The notes under the pieces: model-generated
The model's database searches: none
The model's input: only the letters and a program-made list of their open reading frames with translations
Told to the model about the DNA's origin: nothing
NCBI GenBank assembly: GCA_947084965.1
Contig: CAMTUG010000001.1
Location: 345,293-409,292 of the forward strand
Length of the DNA stretch: 64,000 nt
Source: an uncultured Parcubacteria group bacterium
GTDB taxonomy: Bacteria; Patescibacteriota; Patescibacteriia; UBA9934; CAMTUG01
Direction of reading: 5' to 3'
Part shown: positions 8,396-16,581 of the stretch, in pieces
How the letters are laid out: every line of letters starts with the position of its first letter
Position numbering within the stretch: the first letter of the stretch is position 1
Made by a program: the position numbers and the translations under genes

Positions 8396-10393
8396 ATGAA
8401 ACGACGCACACATTCTATCCGGCCCCGTTGGATAACATGGGCCACAGCGACCGCCTGTTTCGTTCTGTTCCTGTTTTCGACCGTGGTCGCGTTCCCAAAT
8501 CAGACCTGGAATCGCGTCCCAGGGCTCCCGCCGCTTAGCCTGGCGGATTTTCGTCTCGGCCTTGATCTGCAAGGCGGAGCGCATTTAGTGTACGAGGCAG
8601 ACATGAGTCAGATCGCGGAGGCGGATCGCGACGAAGCGTTGAACGGGGTGAAAGATGTGATTGAGCGCCGTGTCAACGCTTTTGGGGTGGCTGAGCCGCT
8701 CGTGCAGACGACCGTGGTGGACGGTCACTACCGGGTGATCATTGAATTGGCCGGTGTGCTCGATATCTCCGAAGCGATTAAGCAGATCGGAGAGACACCG
8801 ATTTTGGAATTTAAAGAACAGAATCTTGAATATACCGGCGACCTGACGGAAGAACAGCAGGCACAAATTGATGCTGCTAATGCTCTGGAAAAAACCAAGG
8901 CGGACGGGCTCCTTGCTGATGCTCGTTCGGTCACAGATTTCTTGCAATTTGCGACAGACACAGCTGCGGCGGATCCAGAAACACTCGGGGGTGACCTCCC
9001 GTCCGTTTCTGGCGGGGTGTATCAAGCGGTCATTGATGACATTACCAAGAATCGCTACGCGGCAGGCACCGTTCTGCCGAACGTTTATGCACTAACGAAC
9101 AGCTACTCGATCTTCAAGTACGTTGAACCTTCGACAGACACCAACGAAATGCAGCTCTCGCATATTTTGGTCTGTTTTCAAGGGGCGACCGGCTGTGCCT
9201 CTGACCGCGATCAGATCGGAGCGAGTCTGATTATTTCGGAAATCCTTTCCAAGGTGAACGGGGAGAATTTTGCTGATCTTGCCATGCAATACTCGGAAGA
9301 CGGGGCGGCCGAAGCGGGTGGAGATTTGGGCTGGATTCAGCCGGGCGGGACGGTACCTGCCTTTGACGCCGCGGCACAAGCGCTCGCTGTTGGAGCGATC
9401 TCCACATCGGCCGTGGAAACGGAATACGGCTATCACCTGATCTACAAGCGAGGAGAGCGCCCGATCACGACCTATCATCTCCAGCACCTGAGCGTTCGCA
9501 AAACACTGGCTGGTGATCTGTTCCCGTTTGAGCAGTGGCAGAACACCGGGCTTTCGGGAAAGCAGCTAGAAACGGCGCGAGTAGAATTTGATCCAAATAC
9601 TGGCGCTCCACTCGTTTCGCTGAACTTTGATAGTGAAGGCGGAGAACTTTTTGCTGAGCTTACCGGTGCGCACATTGGCGAGCAGATCGCCATTTTCCTC
9701 GACGGAGAAGTGATCAGCGCACCGATGGTCCAGCAGCGCATTAGTGGCGGACAGGCGGTTATCACCGGGGACTTTACCCTGGCCGAAGCCAAATTACTCG
9801 CTCAGCGTTTAAATGCCGGTGCCTTGCCCGTTCCGGTCACTCTCGTTTCTCAGCAAACGGTCGGACCAACGCTCGGACAGGAATCCTTAGCCAAATCGAT
9901 CGACGCCGCGTTGATCGGTTTCGGCCTCGTTGCGCTCTTCATGATTCTGTACTACCGCTTGCCAGGGGCGGTCGCTGTGCTGACCTTGGCTGGCTACGCC
10001 GTCTTGAACTTACTCGCCTATAAAGGCTTGGACGTGACGATCACCCTCGCGGGTGTGGCCGGGTTTATCCTATCGATGGGGATGGCCGTTGATGCAAACG
10101 TCTTGATCTTCGAACGATTGAAGGAAGAGGTGCGAAGCGGCCGCGATGTTCCGTCGGCGCTTGAAGAGGCATTTGTGCGCGCCTGGCCGTCGATTCGCGA
10201 CGGGAACCTAACGACGCTGATCGCTTCGTTTATTCTCTTCTGGTTCTCCACGAGCTTTATTAAGGGGTTTGCCTTGACGCTGTCGATCGGGGTGTTGTTG
10301 AGCATGTTCTCGGCAGTGGTGATCACCCGCGTCGTCTTACGTCTCGCTTCATTCACCGGCGCTCGACGCTTCCCTTGGCTTTTCGGAAAATAG
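8396..10393 (+). CDS. secD: protein translocase subunit SecD with an inserted parvulin-type (PpiC) peptidyl-prolyl isomerase domain
   Basis: SecD head region (LGLDLQGGAHLVYEAD…) and the C-terminal TM bundle are present. Residues ~250-355 (nt ~9150-9460) read as a parvulin domain: LSHILV…FADLAMQYSEDGAAEAGGDLGWIQPGG…EYGYHLIYK. secF follows with a 1-nt gap. Confidence 0.85.
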   Translation: MKRRTHSIRPRWITWATATACFVLFLFSTVVAFPNQTWNRVPGLPPLSLADFRLGLDLQGGAHLVYEADMSQIAEADRDEALNGVKDVIERRVNAFGVAEPLVQTTVVDGHYRVIIELAGVLDISEAIKQIGETPILEFKEQNLEYTGDLTEEQQAQIDAANALEKTKADGLLADARSVTDFLQFATDTAAADPETLGGDLPSVSGGVYQAVIDDITKNRYAAGTVLPNVYALTNSYSIFKYVEPSTDTNEMQLSHILVCFQGATGCASDRDQIGASLIISEILSKVNGENFADLAMQYSEDGAAEAGGDLGWIQPGGTVPAFDAAAQALAVGAISTSAVETEYGYHLIYKRGERPITTYHLQHLSVRKTLAGDLFPFEQWQNTGLSGKQLETARVEFDPNTGAPLVSLNFDSEGGELFAELTGAHIGEQIAIFLDGEVISAPMVQQRISGGQAVITGDFTLAEAKLLAQRLNAGALPVPVTLVSQQTVGPTLGQESLAKSIDAALIGFGLVALFMILYYRLPGAVAVLTLAGYAVLNLLAYKGLDVTITLAGVAGFILSMGMAVDANVLIFERLKEEVRSGRDVPSALEEAFVRAWPSIRDGNLTTLIASFILFWFSTSFIKGFALTLSIGVLLSMFSAVVITRVVLRLASFTGARRFPWLFGK

Positions 10394-10394
10394 T

Positions 10395-11285
10395 ATGCAA
10401 TTTCCCATCATCAAACAGCGAAAGATTTGGTTCGGCTTCTCGGCAATCCTCCTTGTGGCGAGTATCTACGGATTGGTCGCTTACGGATTAAATCTTGGCG
10501 TTGATTTTACTGGCGGGTCGTTGATTGAACTGCGTATTTCGGGAGAAGCATCGAATACGCAGATGCGTGAACTCATCGAATCACAAGGGTTTGGCGAGGT
10601 GCGTGTTCAGGCATCAGAGGGCGGCGATTATCTGATCCGCTTGCAGGCCCTAAACGAAGAACAGCACCAGGCGCTTCTGACGGCCATCGAAACGTCGTTC
10701 GGAGAGACGGAAGAACTGCGTTTCGATTTTGTCGGTCCGGTGATCGGTGCAGAGCTCGCTCGTAAGGCGATCTGGTCCGTGGTTGTCCTGCTCATCCTGA
10801 TTGTGTTGTACGTGGCCTGGGCATTTCGCAAGGTTGCTCATCCTGTTACATCCTGGAAATACGGTGTCCTTACGATGGTCACAGCGTTACATGACGTGAT
10901 CGTGCCACTCGGGGTGTTCGCCTTCCTCGGCCATTTCTACGGGTACCAGGTTGATTCTGCCTTTGTGGCAGCGATTCTCACGATTCTTGGGTATTCGATC
11001 AATGATACGATCGTGGTCTTTGATCGCACCCGTGAAAATCTCGCTCAGCGATCGAGTGAAGATCCGTTCGAAGAGGTCGTCAATCGCGGCGTCAATCAAT
11101 CACTGGCCCGCTCCCTGAATACTACGCTGACAACCTTACTCGCCCTTGTTGCTGTCTACTTTTTTGGAGGGGACACAACGCGTCAATTCGCTCTGGCTCT
11201 CATGATCGGTATCGCCACTGGGGCGTATTCATCGGTTTTCATCGCTTCGCCACTTCTTGTTGTTTGGGAGAAGTGGAAGCGCTAA
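10395..11285 (+). CDS. secF: protein translocase subunit SecF
   Basis: 296 aa with a six-TM SecF pattern, immediately after secD. Confidence 0.85.
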   Translation: MQFPIIKQRKIWFGFSAILLVASIYGLVAYGLNLGVDFTGGSLIELRISGEASNTQMRELIESQGFGEVRVQASEGGDYLIRLQALNEEQHQALLTAIETSFGETEELRFDFVGPVIGAELARKAIWSVVVLLILIVLYVAWAFRKVAHPVTSWKYGVLTMVTALHDVIVPLGVFAFLGHFYGYQVDSAFVAAILTILGYSINDTIVVFDRTRENLAQRSSEDPFEEVVNRGVNQSLARSLNTTLTTLLALVAVYFFGGDTTRQFALALMIGIATGAYSSVFIASPLLVVWEKWKR

Positions 11286-11304
11286 TCAAGATATCCTCAA
11301 ACGG

Positions 11305-11340
11305 CACGGGGCCCTGCGCTCCCGTGTCGTTTGTTTTTGT
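11305..11340 (+). terminator. intrinsic terminator after secF (CACGGG…CCCGTG + TCGTTTGTTTTTGT)
   Basis: GC stem followed by a T-rich run. An extended -10-like TGCTAAAAT follows at ~11339-11347, before the next block. Confidence 0.45.
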
Positions 11341-11359
11341 GCTAAAATAATGACGGTCT

Positions 11360-13084
11360 ATGCCTGAGATTGAAATCGACCTTTCCTTTCTTTTCGCCTT
11401 TCTCCAAAGGCCGGACGTTTTTTTAGTCAAGGCGTTTCCGTATGTCGCCTGGATTCCGATCGCGGGAGTGTTGATCTGGGGGTTTTTTGAAGTCTGGAAG
11501 TTCAATCGCCAACACCATTTCCGACACGCGATGAAATACATCCTTTTGGCAATCGATGTGCCAAAGATGACCGAACAGTCGCCACAAGCGGTTGAGCAGA
11601 TTTTTGCTTCTTGTGCGGCGGCCTGGGGTGGAGCAACGTTCAAGGAGCAATGGATCGACGGGGAAGTCGCGCCTGTTTTTAGTTTTGAGCTGGTCTCTGA
11701 TGGTGGATACATTCAGTACTATGTTCGTACCCCGACAAAGTTTCGCGATATGATCGAAGCGGCGATTTACGCACAGTATCCGGATGCTGAAATCAGCGAA
11801 GCGCATGATTATGCCCATGATTGGCCCGAGCAGTACCCGAATGATACGCATGACTGTTGGGGGACGGAACAGAAGTTGAGCCAGCCGTACTACTTTCCGA
11901 TTCGCACCTGGCCGGAGTTCGAGCACAAGCTCTCACAAGAAATTAAAGACCCCGTAGGAATCTGGTTGGAGCAGATTTCCCGCCTTCAACCAGGAGAGGT
12001 GTTTGCCACCCAGATTTTGTGCATGCCGTTAGGTGAAGCGAAGACGAGTTGGACCAAAAAAGGGGTGGAGTATATTTATAAAGAGATCGGAAAAGAATCT
12101 AAGGACGCGCATAAAAAGGCTGGGATTCTGGGCGAAACGCTCGGTCAACTTTCTTCCTTGCCAATCGAAGCCGCTCAGCAATTTGGGGTGGCGATGTTTG
12201 GGGGCGGAGCCGATGCGCACGAAGAAAAGAAGGAAGACCCTTGGAAATTCTTGCGTTCTACACCGATCGACAAGGAACGTTTGGATAAAGTGACGGAGAA
12301 GATTCAAAAGCCGGCGATGTTGGTGAAGATTCGTCATGCGTATGTCGCGAAAAAAGAGGTGTATAAAAAGGGTCCGCGTGATAAGATGATCGCGTCCATC
12401 ATGTTCCAATACATGAACCCAAACACGAACTGGTTTGGACGCGTCGGGAAAATTACGCCGAAGACAGATTATTTTTGGCAGAACTGGTCGTTGGAAAAGC
12501 GCAAGCGAAGACTGATTAAGTCCTACATCCACCGTGATGAAGAATATGGACTCCATGGCAATATTCTGAACGTGGAAGAATTGGCTTCACTCTGGCACTT
12601 CCCAACGATCACCATCCTTGCTCCGTTCGTGAAAAAGACCGTTGCCAAGCGTGCGGAACCACCGGTGCAGTTGCCGTATGAGGAACCGGGCGCGGCTGAT
12701 TTTACTGGTGCAATAGCGGGCAAAAAGCCTTCGCGTTTGGCGATGCCGGTGGAATTTATTGAGCCAACGATACCTGGTCGTCCGCGTACTGCTTCGCCAG
12801 AAGCTCATCATGATGAACACGGCGCTGCGGTGGCTCACCAGCATCCAGAATCAAAGGAACATCATGCAGAAGCCCCACGGACGCACGAACGTAAAGCCGC
12901 TCCGCCGATCGGGCTTCCGGTTGAGCCGGATGTCGCGCCACATGTGCCGCAGACCCCAGGGCATCCTGCTTCCGTCCCTGAACATGCTGTTCCTGCGCCA
13001 AAGGCCCAGGCCCCGAGTCATCCATCCGCAACCGACGGCATTCCTGACGAAATCCGTCGGATGATTGACCCCAACTTCGAATAG
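11360..13084 (+). CDS. membrane-anchored N-domain protein of a split VirD4/TraD-like coupling-protein system, with a His/Pro/Ala-rich low-complexity tail
   Basis: N-terminal TM helix. The central region aligns with the N-terminal ~380 aa of the fused protein 47328..49847 (FELVSDGGYIQYYVRTPTKFRDMIEAAIYAQYPDAE vs FEIVAHEKVIKFYVTVPRRYQEFVEQQITAQHPDAF; EELASLWHFPT vs EEMASLFHLPL). The C-terminal ~100 aa are His-rich and low-complexity. Confidence 0.6.
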   Translation: MPEIEIDLSFLFAFLQRPDVFLVKAFPYVAWIPIAGVLIWGFFEVWKFNRQHHFRHAMKYILLAIDVPKMTEQSPQAVEQIFASCAAAWGGATFKEQWIDGEVAPVFSFELVSDGGYIQYYVRTPTKFRDMIEAAIYAQYPDAEISEAHDYAHDWPEQYPNDTHDCWGTEQKLSQPYYFPIRTWPEFEHKLSQEIKDPVGIWLEQISRLQPGEVFATQILCMPLGEAKTSWTKKGVEYIYKEIGKESKDAHKKAGILGETLGQLSSLPIEAAQQFGVAMFGGGADAHEEKKEDPWKFLRSTPIDKERLDKVTEKIQKPAMLVKIRHAYVAKKEVYKKGPRDKMIASIMFQYMNPNTNWFGRVGKITPKTDYFWQNWSLEKRKRRLIKSYIHRDEEYGLHGNILNVEELASLWHFPTITILAPFVKKTVAKRAEPPVQLPYEEPGAADFTGAIAGKKPSRLAMPVEFIEPTIPGRPRTASPEAHHDEHGAAVAHQHPESKEHHAEAPRTHERKAAPPIGLPVEPDVAPHVPQTPGHPASVPEHAVPAPKAQAPSHPSATDGIPDEIRRMIDPNFE

Positions 13085-13085
13085 T

Positions 13086-15065
13086 ATGGAGGACCACGTT
13101 CACACACATCACGGCGCTTCGCCGGACACGACGGGGCACGAAAAAGCGGGCCCGCCGCCGTACGATCACGATCATGAAAATGACATCATCTTTTTTGGTC
13201 GGACAAATTTTCGTAATCAGCTGAAAAAGTTCGGGATCAAAACCGATGATCGCCGCCGTCACATGTATCTGATCGGAAAGACCGGTGTGGGGAAGTCGAC
13301 GTTGCTGGAAAACATGGTGTTGGCCGATATCTACATGGGCCATGGTATCGGGCTGATCGATCCACACGGAGACTTTGCCGAAAAGATCGTTGATTTTATT
13401 CCGCCGCATCGGGTTAATGACGTCGTTTATTTTAACCCGGCGGACGCGGACTATCCGGTTGCCTTTAATATTCTCGAGTCGATTAATCCGGATCATAAAC
13501 ATCTTATTGCATCTGGGCTGATGGGGGTGTTTAAAAAGATCTGGCCGGACGTGTGGAGTGCACGTATGGAGCACATCATGAACATGGCGATCTTGTCGCT
13601 CCTCGAAATGCCGGGCAATACGTTGCTTGGAATTAATCGCCTGTTGGTAGATCAGGATTTCCGTCGTCACTTGATCGTGCAAATTAAAGATCCAGTCGTG
13701 AAGTCGTTCTGGATTACGGAGTTTGAGCAGTGGGAAGTAAAGTTTCGATCAGAAGCGATCGCCCCGATTCAAAACAAAGTTGGACAGTTTTTGTCGACCT
13801 CGCTTATTCGCAACATCGTCGGTCAGCAAAAGTCAACGATCGTTCCGCGAAAGATCATGGACGAACGCAAAATTTTCATCATCAACTTGGCCAAAGGACG
13901 CGTGGGGGAGGACGCCTCGCGCCTAATCGGTGGGATGCTTATTACCAAGATGCAGTTGGCGGCGATGGAGCGCGTGGACATTCCAGAGCCTGATCGTCAG
14001 GACTTCTACCTCTACATCGACGAGTTTCAAAACTTCGCCACAGAATCCTTCGCCAACATCTTGTCCGAGGCGCGTAAATATCGCTTGGCCCTGATCATGG
14101 CGCATCAGTACATCGAGCAGTTGGAAGAGGAAGTTGCCTCCGCCGTATTCGGGAACGTTGGGACGATGGTTGCCTATCGCGTCGGGGCGGGGGATGCGGA
14201 AAAGATGGCCACGGAATTTGCTCCGCGGTTCACGGAAGAGGACTTGGTCAACTTGCCGAAGTTCAACGTTTATTTGAAGTTGATGATCGATGGGATCGCA
14301 TCGGATCCATTTTCAGCAACGACCTTGCCGCCGATCAGTGCGCGTACCAATTCAACGGATGTGGTCGTTGCCGCTTCGCGTCGGCAGTACGCGCGTCCGC
14401 GCGAAGATGTAGAGGCGTCAATCGTTTCGTGGAGCGAAACAAAACGCGCCTTGACGCCGGAAGCGGCTGCGGCCTTACCGCCGCCAAAGATGGGCGGAGC
14501 AAAAAAGTTGAACGAATACGACTGTACGCGCTGCGGCAAGAAGATGCTGCTGCCAGTTGAGTTGGATCGCTCGCGGCCGATTTACTGCGAAACGTGCATT
14601 GAGATCGTTCGTGCAGAACGCAAGGCAGGGAAGCCGGCCGATGGGGCACCTGCGGCCAAACCGACGGATGCGAAGCCGGTAACTCCGGCGCTGCCAAAAC
14701 CGGCCGATTCTTCAGCTCCGGCTCGTCCGGAGCCGCCAAAAGTGGTGGAAACGGATCTAGCGCAAAAAGATGCCGCTGCCCCTGTTTCTCTTACCGAGCT
14801 CAATAAACCGGCCGCGCCGATTATTAAGGCGACTACTACGGAGCCGAAAGTTCCATCGACCCCGAGCGTTGTTCGCCCCGCGCCGACAAGCCCGGCTGGC
14901 GGTTCGAGTTCTGGCGGAGAGACTGAAGAGCAGAAAAAGCGCCGGCGCCGTCGACGCCGGTCTGGTTCTGGTGGCGGAGGTGGATCATCATCTCCTTCAG
15001 GTGGTGGATCCTCGACTCCAGCACCAACCAAGCCGTCGGGTGGTAATGATTTATTTCCTTGGTAA
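13086..15065 (+). CDS. VirD4/TraD/TrwB-like (type IV coupling protein family) P-loop ATPase, copy 1; carries a C-terminal Cys4 zinc-ribbon and an Ala/Pro/Lys-rich, poly-Arg, Gly/Ser-rich disordered tail
   Basis: Walker A YLIGKTGVGKST, DPHGDF (DPxGD-like), Walker B YLYIDEFQNF, and ALIMAHQY. The zinc-ribbon CTRCGKK…RPIYCETC is followed by low-complexity sequence ending in RRRRRRRSGSGGGGGSSS. Start at MEDHV, right after the TAGTATG junction. Confidence 0.75.
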   Translation: MEDHVHTHHGASPDTTGHEKAGPPPYDHDHENDIIFFGRTNFRNQLKKFGIKTDDRRRHMYLIGKTGVGKSTLLENMVLADIYMGHGIGLIDPHGDFAEKIVDFIPPHRVNDVVYFNPADADYPVAFNILESINPDHKHLIASGLMGVFKKIWPDVWSARMEHIMNMAILSLLEMPGNTLLGINRLLVDQDFRRHLIVQIKDPVVKSFWITEFEQWEVKFRSEAIAPIQNKVGQFLSTSLIRNIVGQQKSTIVPRKIMDERKIFIINLAKGRVGEDASRLIGGMLITKMQLAAMERVDIPEPDRQDFYLYIDEFQNFATESFANILSEARKYRLALIMAHQYIEQLEEEVASAVFGNVGTMVAYRVGAGDAEKMATEFAPRFTEEDLVNLPKFNVYLKLMIDGIASDPFSATTLPPISARTNSTDVVVAASRRQYARPREDVEASIVSWSETKRALTPEAAAALPPPKMGGAKKLNEYDCTRCGKKMLLPVELDRSRPIYCETCIEIVRAERKAGKPADGAPAAKPTDAKPVTPALPKPADSSAPARPEPPKVVETDLAQKDAAAPVSLTELNKPAAPIIKATTTEPKVPSTPSVVRPAPTSPAGGSSSGGETEEQKKRRRRRRRSGSGGGGGSSSPSGGGSSTPAPTKPSGGNDLFPW

Positions 15066-15068
15066 TGT

Positions 15069-16523
15069 ATGGAAGACGATCTCCAAGGTGGGTTCGGATC
15101 ATTTGCAGCGCCAACAACGCCGCCCGAGTTTGAGGCGTTCGTTGCTCGTCGCCATGAGCCGCCAGAAACTGTTCCGGTCAAAGGGTCGATCCCTGACGCG
15201 GACATCTCCCTATTTGGTCAAACAAATTACAGCCGCGGGTATGCCGGCGAACGGTATATTTTCGGTATCAAGCGCAAGGATCGCCGCCGTCATCTCTACG
15301 TTATTGGAAAGTCTGGCGTGGGAAAGACCAAGCTGCTCGAACAGTTGATTCGGGCGGACATCTTTTTTGGCCACGGCGTCGGAGTGATCGATCCGCACGG
15401 AGATTTGATCAACTCGATGCTCGAGTTCATTCCAGAGAATCGCATCAACGACGTGGTGGTGATCGATCCGGCCGATCGTGATTTTCCGATTAGCTTCAAC
15501 CCGATCGCCAACGTGGCTGAAGAGGACAAGCACATGGTCACCGACTCGATGATCGAAATTTTCAAAAAGCAGTTTGCGTCGGATTGGTCGCCACGTATTG
15601 AACACTTGCTGCGTTTTTCCACGCTCGCCATGATCGATTACCCCAAAGGAACGATGAACGGGATGGTTTCTTTGCTCTCGAGCGGGCCGTATCGTTCCAA
15701 GGTGATTGAGCATATTAAAGATCCGGTCGTGCGTCGTTTCTGGGCGATCGAATTTCCAGAGTGGTCACAGCGCTATGACGCTGAAGCGGTGTCGCCGCTT
15801 TTGAACAAACTCGGTCAGTTGCTGGCGGACCCATTGATGCGCAACATTTTTGGACAGACAGAATCGAAGATCGATCTGTACGACATCATGCAGAAGAAAA
15901 AGATTCTCCTCGTCAACTTGTCCAAAGGACGCGTTGGTGACGAAAAATCGGCGTTCTTCGGTGCGGTGCTTGTGACGAAGTTGTACCAAGCATCAATGCA
16001 GCGCATTCGCTTGGCAGAAAAAGATCGTCTGCCGTTTTATCTGTACGTTGATGAATTTCAAAACATCGCTACCAAGACGTTTGAAAATATTTTGGCCGAG
16101 GCGCGCAAATTCGGATTTTGTTTGACCGTGGCGAACCAAAACTTGTCACAGTTATCGCCGTCCTTGCGCTCGTCCTTGTTTGGAAACGTCGCTTCGATCA
16201 TCGTTTTCCAAATCAGTGCTGAAGACGCTGATCTGATGAGCAATGAAATGAAGCCGATCTTTGAAACACAAGACATGATCAACCTTTCTGAACGTGAAGT
16301 GTATGTCAAAATGACGATCGATGGTCGCCGCTGGGATCCGTTCTCGGCCGAAGTGCTCCCCGTGACCGCTCCGCGTCATGCCCCGTTTACGGAAGCGATC
16401 ATGAAGCAATCCCGCGAGCTGTATGCCAAACCGCGCGACGTGGTGGAGCGTGAACTAGAAGGTGGCGCGGTCGAAGAGCAAAAAGCCGCCCCGGTCATCA
16501 GCGCCGACGATATTATTGTATAA
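15069..16523 (+). CDS. VirD4/TraD/TrwB-like P-loop ATPase, copy 2 (tandem paralog without the zinc-ribbon/IDR tail)
   Basis: YVIGKSGVGKTKL, DPHGDL, YLYVDEFQNI, LTVANQNL. Also starts MED…. Confidence 0.75.
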   Translation: MEDDLQGGFGSFAAPTTPPEFEAFVARRHEPPETVPVKGSIPDADISLFGQTNYSRGYAGERYIFGIKRKDRRRHLYVIGKSGVGKTKLLEQLIRADIFFGHGVGVIDPHGDLINSMLEFIPENRINDVVVIDPADRDFPISFNPIANVAEEDKHMVTDSMIEIFKKQFASDWSPRIEHLLRFSTLAMIDYPKGTMNGMVSLLSSGPYRSKVIEHIKDPVVRRFWAIEFPEWSQRYDAEAVSPLLNKLGQLLADPLMRNIFGQTESKIDLYDIMQKKKILLVNLSKGRVGDEKSAFFGAVLVTKLYQASMQRIRLAEKDRLPFYLYVDEFQNIATKTFENILAEARKFGFCLTVANQNLSQLSPSLRSSLFGNVASIIVFQISAEDADLMSNEMKPIFETQDMINLSEREVYVKMTIDGRRWDPFSAEVLPVTAPRHAPFTEAIMKQSRELYAKPRDVVERELEGGAVEEQKAAPVISADDIIV

Positions 16524-16543
16524 TCAAGAGGTATCCGATACGA

Positions 16544-16567
16544 TAGGCGGGGTCACGTACCCCGCCT
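16544..16567 (+). promoter_or_regulatory. GC hairpin (GGCGGGGT-cacgt-ACCCCGCC) + TTT in the only >2-bp gap of the block; possible attenuator or processing site
   Basis: Perfect 8-bp stem between ATPase copy 2 and the first array gene. Confidence 0.3.
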
Positions 16568-16581
16568 TTCACGCAAAAAAT

